A DNA stretch of 64,000 nt from Thalia democratica (taxonomy: Eukaryota). Both the position numbers and the translations under genes were made by a program. How positions within the stretch are numbered: the first letter of the stretch is position 1; each line of letters opens with the position of its first letter. Below, piece after piece: positions 37,559 through 48,529 of this stretch. The stretch is taken from NCBI GenBank assembly GCA_965202585.1, contig OZ241826.1:63054001-63118000 (forward strand), read 5' to 3'. The notes under the pieces are model-generated. The model saw only the letters and a list, made by a program, of their open reading frames with translations. It did not search any database and was not told the DNA's origin.

Positions 37559-37633
37559 GTGACAATTAATATCAGTTCATCTGGTGTCAAAGACAAGATG
37601 AACAAGTACAAAAGTTTAACTCAAGAAAACTAA
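37559..37633 (+). CDS. Last coding exon: VTINISSSGVKDKMNKYKSLTQEN*
   Basis: taacag acceptor, phase 0; TAA 37631-33 directly followed by gtgagt. Confidence 0.75.
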   Translation: MTINISSSGVKDKMNKYKSLTQEN

Positions 37634-40600
37634 GTGAGTTGTAAATTTTTATCAGAAAAAAAATAAGCGCACTAATGATTATAAAAAAAATAAAATAAAA
37701 TCACTCAACATACGGTATTAATATAATTAATGTTTGTGATTTTGATAAAAGTCTAACACATATCATAATTTATTTATATGTTACTATTTTGATTTAGATT
37801 ATAAATTAGTTTGTAGAAATGTTATGTTACAAAAATGTTTAGGTAATGAATTTAAAATTGCGTAGAGAATTTTTACATCCTGTTACGTTTTTTCTCATCT
37901 TAGTTTCAGACAAACTACAACTTCAAATAGAAACGTTTCAATTGCATTTAAATTGTATTCAATTGATTTTTATTGCTTTCAGTATTTTAAAAACAGTTGT
38001 GTTCGATCTATAATGCACCATGTGTTTTAATCAATTATTTATAATATTTATGAATTTAGTTATTTCTAAGTATTTTTGTTACATCATTATCCCTATAGAT
38101 TTAACAAATATTCATTTTCATTTTTAATCGTTTGTTAAAAGTTTAAATAAGTTTTAAAACGTAATTAGTAAATGACATTTTTAGATTTTTTATTAATAAT
38201 ATATTTGTAACCTATTTAATTATACAGCTATTTACTACTTTATACATAATAAAAAAAAGTTAGTTATTAAAAACTAAATAAAATACGCTCAAACACTTTT
38301 TGTTTGCTATGTACCAAAAAAAAAACAATAACTAAAGTTTAAATATTTGTAAGTTCAAATGTAATAAATCCCAACCAATAAAATACTTTAAAAGAAATGA
38401 TTGGTAATTGCTAGTACAAAAATATTTTAGTCTTCATGAATTATTTTTTTATATGATTTTATTGCAGTTAAATGATTTTTAATAAAATATTTTTTTTTTT
38501 CTGAGTAATAAAATTTGTGGCTACCTCACTAATGTTGTGGAAAATAGTTTAAAGTTATTAATATGATCAGTACTTCATTTTTGTTTAGTTAAAAGAATTG
38601 TAAGCTCATAAAGTACAAACAAAAAATTTAAAAAACTTATTTTTTTTTTACAGAAAGTTTACAGTTTATATAATTTAATTATACTAAGTTATACTATGTT
38701 TAAACTTTATAATTAAACTCATAACAAAATGTGATAGATAGTTTTTTAGTTTCTATTATATACTTAGTATGATAATTAAAGATTAGCTAGGCTTTAGAAT
38801 AACTAAAAAAGTTATAAGTTTTGAATTACAGCAGTACGTGTAGTGTGTTGGTCTCACTTAACTCCTGCTATTGCCGCGAGATATTTTGGATTTCGCAGTT
38901 ATAATTTACTCCTATAGATTAAGATTAAATTTTTAAAGCTACTTGTTTTATTGTTTAACTTGAAGTAATTAAAGCTATATTATATCCTTTGGATTTAACG
39001 CTTATCTGTTGATAATCTATTATATCTAAGTGTGAGAATGTTTTATATTTTACGTTTTCTTGATTAGTTGTTGATAGAACTTTTTAACACGATTTACACC
39101 ACATTTTTTATATGATTTTTGAAGTAAATACACATGTTTACCACGTTAATATTTATCTTATTTAAACTTCAGTAATGATATATTTTCAATCTTAATTTGT
39201 TCTACAGAGGGTTAAACAAAAAAAACTTTTTTTGCATGAAACGCTAATAAATATTAATTCCTATAAATATGTGTATATATATAAAACAAGGTTATTATTC
39301 AAACTTGAACACCTTCTACTGAGCCCACTTGAAGGGCTTTTAAATAAATTATTGAAAAGAGCGATTTTTAAAAGTACTGGTACATATGTTTCATAAGACT
39401 AGACGCCTTAATCATCAGCCAGTTTGATTTAAAATAAAAAGCACTTTACCAAACATAGATGCAAAAGTTATACAAAAAAAAAAGTCATACTGTTTTTTTG
39501 TTTTTTTGTATAACTAAATAGTATATGTACTGCCAAAGCAAGTACACTTTGACTTATGTTTTAAGATATTATCACAATAAACAAACTGTACATCTGTTCT
39601 GTTTAACAGAATAGTGAAACAATTGTATTTGTAAAACGTTGTGTTTTATTAATATACTATATATATATATACAAAATTAAAACCAAATAAATATTAAAAC
39701 AAAATAAAATCGAAGCGGCAAACACGAGTATTTTATAGCATTTTATAACATTTTTCCCAACAGCCTAAAAATTTTTTCTAATAGCTTAAAACATTTTTTC
39801 CAAAATAACCTTTTTAAACTTTTCTAAAAAGCATAGAATAACATTTACAGCGTATTTCAAATTCAACTAATCGTACAATAAACTGTACCATTACTACGTC
39901 ATAATTACCATAAAAAATTCTAAAATCGAAATTTCTGTTTACTTTTATAATAAACTACAACTCACTGAAGATCACATGAAATTTTACATTTCAATGTGTG
40001 AAACAGCTGTTTGAATTATAGTTTTTATATAATTAAATAAATAAATACATATATATATATACATATTCATATTAATTTTAATTTACATTTTCAGGTTTTC
40101 TTTTAAATCTCAACAATCAGTGAATGACCAATCAAGTTATATATTTTTAATTTTTGATATTATTATTATGTCCATTTTCAAGTTTTTCTAGCTGGTTAGT
40201 GACCAAACTTTTAAGTTTTATAAATTTTTGTACAGTATTTTAATTTGTTTTAATGTGATGCAGTAAATACTTGTAAAATAGAATATCAGTCGATTTGTTT
40301 TTTTTTACAAGTTAACAAAAAGTTTTGACTACAATATTACATCTAAAACTCTAAATGTTCCTGTTTTAGTCTTTAAACTACTTCTATTGTGACCTTAAAG
40401 TTTTTAAAAACTAAGTAAAGCACAAGTATTTTTTTAAATCACTAAATTATAGAATACTAAAATATTGTATATCATTGTTTCGAAAAATTTAAAAGAACAT
40501 ACTATTAAAAATGTTGAATGAACAAAAGTATTTTTTTAAATCGTGTTTTCATTCCCTAAAAGTGCATTTACTTACTTTTTAAAATTTATTTTATACAAGT

Positions 40601-41429
40601 CATTTTTAAATAAACAATTTTAAGTTTAAACAAAAATACATTTAAGATTGTGCCTTGTAACAAGTCTGTTGCTAAAGAATAATATATTTACTTGCCTTAA
40701 CACAGTGTAGATATTCGTTGCAAAAACTTTTTTTAATGTTTTTCTCTATTTTTATGCTTAATTATACTTATAAGAGTTAATTATACTTTCAGTGTCTGTT
40801 TTTTTTTTAATTGCTGAGTCTAATAAAATTAATTATAAGTTCATTATTCGCAATAAATTCTAAAAGGTGTTGAGTTTTTTTTATAAATTAGTTAAAATTT
40901 TCAAGTATATCATCACAAAAAAATCACAAAGTTTCTTTCATTCTCTTAAAGTAAACATCTTAGTTATACTGTATATATTATACATTTCTTAGAAAATAAC
41001 TTTTTGTTAGAAAAGTGTTTTTTATTTTATTCTTACAACAACATACAAAATGTAGGTATCAAAAAATTAAAAAAACGACTTAACTCTGTGTTTTAATTGT
41101 AAACTATTATCAAAATTATATGAAAAATTGGATTTAAATTTGTCTTTTAAAGGTTCAAAACATTACTAAAAAGCTTAAAATTGTTCTGTAGTAAAACTTT
41201 ATAAGTTTTGATACTTTTATTAGGGTATTTCAAATATTTGATAATTCTTTAAAATAAAAAATACACAAATGTGAAGAGGCTAATGATTTTATAATTTCCA
41301 AAGTTAATTTAAACAAGCATTTTTTACTTTGATAATCAGTACATTTGCACATTAATATATTTTTGTTGAATTTATAACATACTGTTTTAAATTTTTAACT
41401 AACTGTTTTAAATTTTTTGTTTAAGTTTA

Positions 41430-42259
41430 GAGTAACCTCTAGCATCTTTACGCACTCGTGACGTTATGCACTCTCGTTTAGTTACGCATTTTAGAATTCT
41501 AAAAAACTCAAAAAAATTTTTTTTTTTTAAATGTAGCACAAATTAGGTTTATGTTATAAATTTAATGTAAATTATGTTTTTAAATGCTAACTCACTTCAC
41601 TATATCTTTAGACTTTGTAAACTTATGTTCCTTGACTAATTGATAAACATTTAGTTGTACCTCAGTATATCAGAAATTTTGTTAACAATAAGAGTTTAAG
41701 TTAAAATTCTGAAAGAAATATGACTGTGTTAAATAGTGGAAGTATAATGAAAGTTTAAAACACAAACCAATAACACAGCACTCTTTCCCTATATATGAAC
41801 AAACAAAAAAGAAATCTTATGAAACTTCCTAGCAAAAAGTAGCAGTGAAACTTAATAAATATAGAGTTTACATTTAACACAAATGCTTAATTATAAATTG
41901 AATTTGCTAAGTAGAATAGAATATAAATGTTTAGTATCAAATAAATCACATATAAATAAAGATAAAATCTACTTATTATTAAAATTAGTAAAATTTTTCT
42001 AAAAGTATTATTATTTTGTATAAATTTAAATCTTTTTTTTTATATATGTTTAGTTTCATCTTTTGTTTTCATATTTAAAAATAAATTAAACAAGTTTTTT
42101 AAAAGTGAGAAAGTCCTCAGTCTGCTTTTAACTAGAAGCAATATAAAAAACAGCCATTATAGTAAGTATATTTGGTACCTCTCGTATCTTTACGATCTCT
42201 CGTAACTTTACGCAGTTTTTTTGTGGACACAATATGCGAAAATAAGCGAGACGTTACTG
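41430..42259. mobile_element. Tc1/mariner-superfamily (pogo/Tigger-like) MITE, copy 2
   Basis: Colinear, same-orientation homolog of 35152-35935 with indels; ends gagtaacctct / cgagacgttactg; TA flanks. Confidence 0.85.
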
Positions 42260-45200
42260 TACTTTTAATACTTTATTAACCCATTTTAAATAAAACTAAA
42301 GACCTAAAAGACTTAACTATTTCCAGTATGTAGAAAGTATATAAATTTCTTAAAGAAAGGAAAAAGTTAGCTCTAAGAATTAAACTCTTAAATTTAAATA
42401 GAATTTGTACTTTTTTACTTATCTTACTACGTTTCTTGCGTTAGATATGTTTTTAACAGAGCTTATATTAAATAAAGCAATAACGCAGTTAAGGTAATAA
42501 CTTGGTCCTATTCTGCAAATGTCAAACTAAACTACCAGCTAAGTTTTACTAATTGTAAAACTTAAAGTGGTTTTTGATATATAAAAGATCAACGCACAAA
42601 TTTTAGTATTTTACAACTTATTGGAAGCAGCAAAGTAAAACCATTTTATTAAATTTTACCTTCTCTTGTAAGTTTCAGTAAGTTATTTAATAATTTTTTC
42701 AATTAGTCTTTTTCAATGAAAAATAAATCGTAGATGCATTTAAAAAGTTATGGTAACATAAAATTTAATATATTAAGTTTTTTGAGCATTTTAAAAATTC
42801 CTCAAAACATTTTTTTTCAATTATGCTATTTCCTGGAAATAAATTTGAGGTCCCAAGCTTAAAAACCTTAGAATCATCTATATCTGTTCACAGCTATGGT
42901 TTTAATGTTTAAACTCAAATAGATAGGTGTAATCAAAACCTGTCAAGAAAAGTGGCAACTGCGTTCAACAGATATTAGTTTAAAAAAACTGGATTTTTTA
43001 GAAAAGAGTGTACTATTCTTTTTTAATTTTTTTTACCTTCTGATATATTTGAAATAATTTTTGCACTTTTTGTTCTTGTCTAAAATAAAACTTTTGATAT
43101 ATTGTATGGCCAAAGGGGCACCTAAACTTAATATTTTTATCATTAGTTAAACATCTGTTTTACTTTTGTTTACTGTTAACTTACTAATTTAAACAAAGTG
43201 CAGTCCTTTAACTCTATACTAAAAATATAAGACCATACATTAACTATACTTTGTAAAATTCATCCGTTTTATTCTTTTTGATTATTTTATTAATTTTATT
43301 TAAATGTAAAATTAAAGAACGATAAAGTCTTAGTTGCACATTAAATTAATTATGTTTTTAATATTACTAAATTTGATAAAGAATTTCATGCGAACCAGCA
43401 TTCTTCAATCGTTATATTATAAATGTATAGATTATTAACTAGAAATCTTCAAAACAACCTTTTTTAAAAGATTTTTCCAACCTCTACAAAATAACTATGT
43501 TATAATGTTTTATAACTTAAATTACGAATAAATTTCCTTTTATACTTCTGAAATAAGAAACAAGTTAAAATATTCAAAAATTATAATACTACCTAAAAGT
43601 CAAAAAAATAATTCAAACAACAATTTTAAAAGGACTTGACAAATTTTAAATTTCGTTTTTCTGTGCTATAACTACAAAAGTTGTTCGAAGTTCTAAAAAA
43701 TGAAATTACTTCACACAATAGAAGATGAATATAAATAAGAGTATAGATAAACTATGCGTACAAACAAGAAAAATAATAACAAAGAAAATTACAGTACTAA
43801 AAGTATAGTTTATTGACAAAAAACCGCTCAAAATATTTGGTCTACTTGTAAAATATCCGCATCACTTGGATACCTATTAATGTCTTGTCCCTGACAATAA
43901 TAAAAAGAAGCTTACTCCTGTAAAAAATATTTTACAAACTACAGTTAATAAAGATATTGTTTATTGATAGTTGTTAAACATTTTTTGTATGTTAGGAACC
44001 TAATTTTTAACTGTTTTTTTTAATGTACAAATAAGCTAGCAATAGAAAACAGCTTTTAGCAGTAAACAGTTGTCGTGTAAAACTGCTTATTAAACATAAA
44101 ACTCATATTGTTTTACCTTATTTTATAAGAGATTTAAACAATCTAAAGTATATAAGACGTTGATTTTTTTATTTCTTTCTTAATATAAAATACCTTTTTT
44201 AGATTGTTATTTATAGTTCAGCAACAATTTTGCAACGTTTAAATTACTTGCTTAATTTTTAATTTATCTTTAGATGCAGAATATCTCAACCTGTAATATC
44301 ACTTTATCAAATATGTTACTGTTTGTCTAAAAATATAAAACTATTTAAACTTTTAATTACTTAGTAGAAGTTTTTATGTTTTTTATCTTACAAAAAAAAA
44401 AAAGTAAGACTTACTCGCTAGCTTAAAAAATACAGTTTTATATATAGTAATAAAAAATAATTAACTATTTAGTAACCTTTATAATCGAAACAAAATAAGA
44501 TTTATAGTTTGCTAAAGAGTTTTATGAACATTGATGTAAATTTTGAAAATTTACACAAAATAAACATATGTTTGATACTGTAGAACATTATTATTTTTCG
44601 ATAATTTGTATATGATAAGTTTTAACTTTCAACATTTCTAATTTGTATTTAAAAAAGGTATGTGTTATTACGAGATTTTATATCATAATCATTTTGAACT
44701 CATAATCAATTAAAACTTTTACTTTTTCGACTTGATCATCTAAAACTTGATCCTTTCGACCTCGATCGTACTACACTTTATCATACTAATTTAAATTACT
44801 ATAAGTTCGATCATTTAAAAGTCAATATTTCAAAAAGTTTGTTGTTGTATGCAAATCAACTAAAATAGCAAAAGCTACAAGCTCTCTCGAAAATATAAAA
44901 GTATGTTTTCATAACAATAATGGTCAAAATCTCACCAAACTTTATTAATTTTATGTTAATTTTACTTTATTACCATATGAACTTATATGTATGTTAACTA
45001 AATTTCGGAATAATATAAGCTGCTAATACAGTTAACTGAAGAAAAAAAAGACGCTCAAAATATTTGGTCCTAGGACCTGGTGCACAAAAAACCTTTCGAT
45101 TATCGAGTTGAAAGCCACGGATACATTTTAAAGTCTTGTATAGGACATTTAATTTTTAAATAATTCTAATGAATGAAAAAGTGAAAAAAAAACAATTTTG

Positions 45201-47462
45201 TTTCAGTTTGCATATAGTTTAATTTATTAGTTTCTTTATATCAACTTCAACTTTTCTTTAAGTTAAACTTATGGTTTTTAAAATAAATTTATCAAAACTT
45301 TTGTTAATTTAATTTTATATATTGTTTCTCCTCTAGAAGTTGAGATCTTTTTAATTGTTTTCGAAAAATCAAAACATATAATATTATTAATACGTTAGAA
45401 ATAAAGTATTTTTCTGTAAGCACTGTTGTTTTCTTTAACTAGTTATAAATTGAATAGAAGTATTGTATCAGAATCCTTACTTAATTAAAAATAAAAGTAG
45501 AAACGACTCGACAACAATATGAAGAACTGTTATAAAAATAAATTGTTTGTTTAATAAAGAACTATAAGGTATGTAAAATAAAACAAATATTATTTATCTA
45601 ATTTTTAAAGTATATTCATGAAAAATAAATCTCAAGAACTAAACCTACGTTCGTTTTAACTATCTTTTTTAAACGGCTATTTAAAGCAACTTCATTTTAA
45701 AACACAATAATTAGCCTGTAGTCCGTTTACGTTATTAATTGTGATCGTCTGCTGTTTTTCAGAGCTCACACACATACAGAAAACTCCTTATAAAAGGATA
45801 GACTGTAATCTTTTGTGACACCCTTCTACTTTACTGTTTTCCTGTGTTAATTATTTATCGTTGTTTTTTGTTGACAACCCACAATTTTATCGAAAGTAGA
45901 GCTTGTCACTCGTGTCTCGCTGATTCTGTGTGTCTCGCTGATAAAATGAAGCAACTAGTTGTTTGTACAGCTTCAATCGGAAAGCCCTGGTGTGTAAATT
46001 TATTAAAAACCTCCCCAACTTCAACTGAAAGAAGAACTAAAGCAGAGATACAATTGATATTTCATGCGTACCGAACGTTCTACAGGCTAGTTTTACATCC
46101 TAATCCTATGATTTCTTTATAAACGGATTGCTGCAAGTAAAAAATACAATTGTTGACATTTTGGAAGTATTTTTTAATAGCAGATCTGGTTGCTTTTTAA
46201 AAGGTAAATGTCCATTCAAGGTTAAATTTAGTTTGGTTTTGAGTTACCTCTACTATTCATTTATACGTATTTTTCCGTTTGATGGGCTCAATTGATAATC
46301 AAAAGATCAACATTTTTTTTTGTTTTTTAAGTGAAAATTTCTACGTATAGTGTATAACTTGAATGGAGAGTTTTGAACGAGCCTTAGTAAAAGTAAACTC
46401 CAAGAAATAATAAAATGAACAATGGTTTAGCAGTTTCATGACTCTTTCAGTTGAACACAAGAAAATTCACACCCTGGCCCTGAATTATATAAAATAGTTT
46501 TAGATCTGTTGTCAAGTACTCATCATTGGCTTCAAAGTTAGTAGGCATAAGTCAACTAGCTTTTAATTTTCTTATTATTTAAAAAACTCACTTACTTTTT
46601 AGAACTTCGTTAAATTTACTTTAGATTTAAATAGTAATATTTCAAAGTTAATAAAGTAATACTTTTTATTATAATCTGTCGAATTTGATAAATTTTAAGT
46701 CTTTTTGTTGTTAGTTTTTGTTTTACTAAGAATTTTTAAAAATTTAGATATTTTAACTTATGAAAGTCTGAGAAAACTGAATTTATAAATGCTTTATGTT
46801 TTTATATAAAACGTAGAATTTTATCAAACAGTATAATAAAGTGGTGTTTAAGTTAATAAGTTTTAATATTACTGTAATTTTTTTGGTAGGTAGTTTTTAT
46901 AAACTTTTTTGTTAACATTTTATGTGCTTTATTTTCTACTGTATCATTAAACATTGAAAAACACAAACGTAAACATATATTTTTTGAAAACTATAGAAAT
47001 TTTGCTGAGGTTAGTGATGTTTATTAAGATATTTATGCTTCTTTACTTGTTTCAAAAAGTTGTTTATACAACCATGTTACTTTATATCTTATTGTATAGA
47101 TGAGAATTTTAAATAGGTTCTAATGGCATTAGTCTTGTCTGGATTGTAGGAATTACTATTATGCTTTTATTGTTTTTGTCTTATTTTAGATATATAATTT
47201 TATTTAATAGCTAATATTTATTTTGTGTAACTAGTTTTACAAAGTTATTGTTTTCTGAAAATTTTTATACTTAAATCCTTAATTGAATTTATTGATAAAA
47301 AATAAAGTAAGTAATTTTAAAATTGTTATTTTCATTTTTATTTTCTTCTTTTTTAAAAATAAATTGCACTAAAGTTAAATGGTTCTTGTTTTGTCTGTGC
47401 CTGTTTACATAATTTTTCCGTTACAATTGAATTTAAATTTATTAATAATATAAAATTTGCAG

Positions 47463-48529
47463 CAGAGTTTCCCAAACTCAAATCACCCCCTTTTTAGAAA
47501 TTAGAAAAAAAAATTTGCACGAGGGCACAAAATTGCACGAGGGAACAAAATTGTACGAAAACAATTTTGCACCAATGGTCAATTTTGCACGAGAAAAAAA
47601 ACAGAAAAGAATAAAAGTAAAAAGAAACAAAAAAAAAAAATAAAAGACAAATTAATAAAAAATAAAATAAGAAAATAAGTTACCGACTGAGGGTAAGGGT
47701 CAGAAGTAACAGTGATAGTAAAAAAAAAATTCTAATTAATAAAAGTAAAAGTTTAACCCGTGCAAAAATGTCTCCGTGCAAACTTGCCTGCTCGTGCAAA
47801 AGTATCTTCGTGCAATTTTGTGCACTCGTGCAATTTTGTACTCTCGCGCAAGTTTGACAGCTACCCACACTACCTATACTTGAAATGTTTGATTACCATA
47901 TGAGTACATGATAATCAAATTTACTTTTTTTAATTTAGTAGTGCAAGCTCATAAACAAAATATTGGTTTCAAAACATAACTTACAAAATATATCTTAATT
48001 AATTTTAACAACTTTTTTATTCTGTTGAAAAATTGGCATTAAAATAGTTTAATTTTTTAGTCTAACTAAGTGACTTTTCAAAAAACACTTGGAAATATCA
48101 TGAGGTGATAGTTTATAATAGATAACATAGCTTTTTACAAACAATTCATGATCCTAAATAGCTTATACGTCAGGTTATGAAATGGTGAGAGGGGTTCCAT
48201 TCATCTATGACCAATGTAGTTGTTAATTGAGAAAAGATATGAACAAAAAAATGCAATTTACTTGAAAATAGTAGTTCGAAGCATTTAAATTTGTTTTCTA
48301 TATTTTACGTAAACAAATTAAACTTTTTTTGTTTAAGTTTTACCTCAGGGTCAAATATTCAATAGCAAGTTACAATTAGTAAAACAGCAAGCTAAAAAGT
48401 AAAAATTTATGACTGCCCCAAATTTTAAAATCGCCTCCCCCCCCCATTTCGCCCCTTTACTAGTTATTGACCTCCCACTTACTAAAATCGCCCCCAGGGA
48501 GGCAGTACCGCCCACTTTGGGAAACCCTG
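47463..48529. mobile_element. Non-autonomous hAT (Charlie-type) element
   Basis: TIR cagagtttcccaaact vs reverse complement of the right end cagggtttcccaaagt (14/16); right subterminal gggcggtactgcc..ggggcgatttt; TSD atttgcag / gtttacag (6/8). Confidence 0.7.
47511..47866. mobile_element. MITE with inverted arrays of TGCACGA subterminal repeats, lying inside the hAT element
   Basis: About 5 tgcacga-like units in + sense at 47516-47593 and about 6 tcgtgca-like units at 47759-47850, period ~17-18 bp; right end tgacagctaccc; left terminus missing. Confidence 0.7.

Larger units (their letters stand above)
818..37633 (+). other. Multi-exon gene (5' end outside window) for a caldesmon/LSP1-like charged coiled-coil, probable actin/calmodulin-binding protein
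   Basis: Chain of AG/GT-bounded exons whose phases join (2-2-0-2-0-0-0, then mostly 0) into E/K/R-rich helices and a C-terminus with WKSGQV, TPNK, GISNRKEMYL, WESGQV, SPNK; stop TAA at 37631-37633. Family call is from recalled caldesmon motifs. Confidence 0.75.

Noticed and set aside
43815-45150. Degenerate direct repeat cgctcaaaatatttggtc (43825 and 45051 regions)
   Set aside because: Only ~20 bp clearly shared; probably old repeat fragments; no boundaries definable
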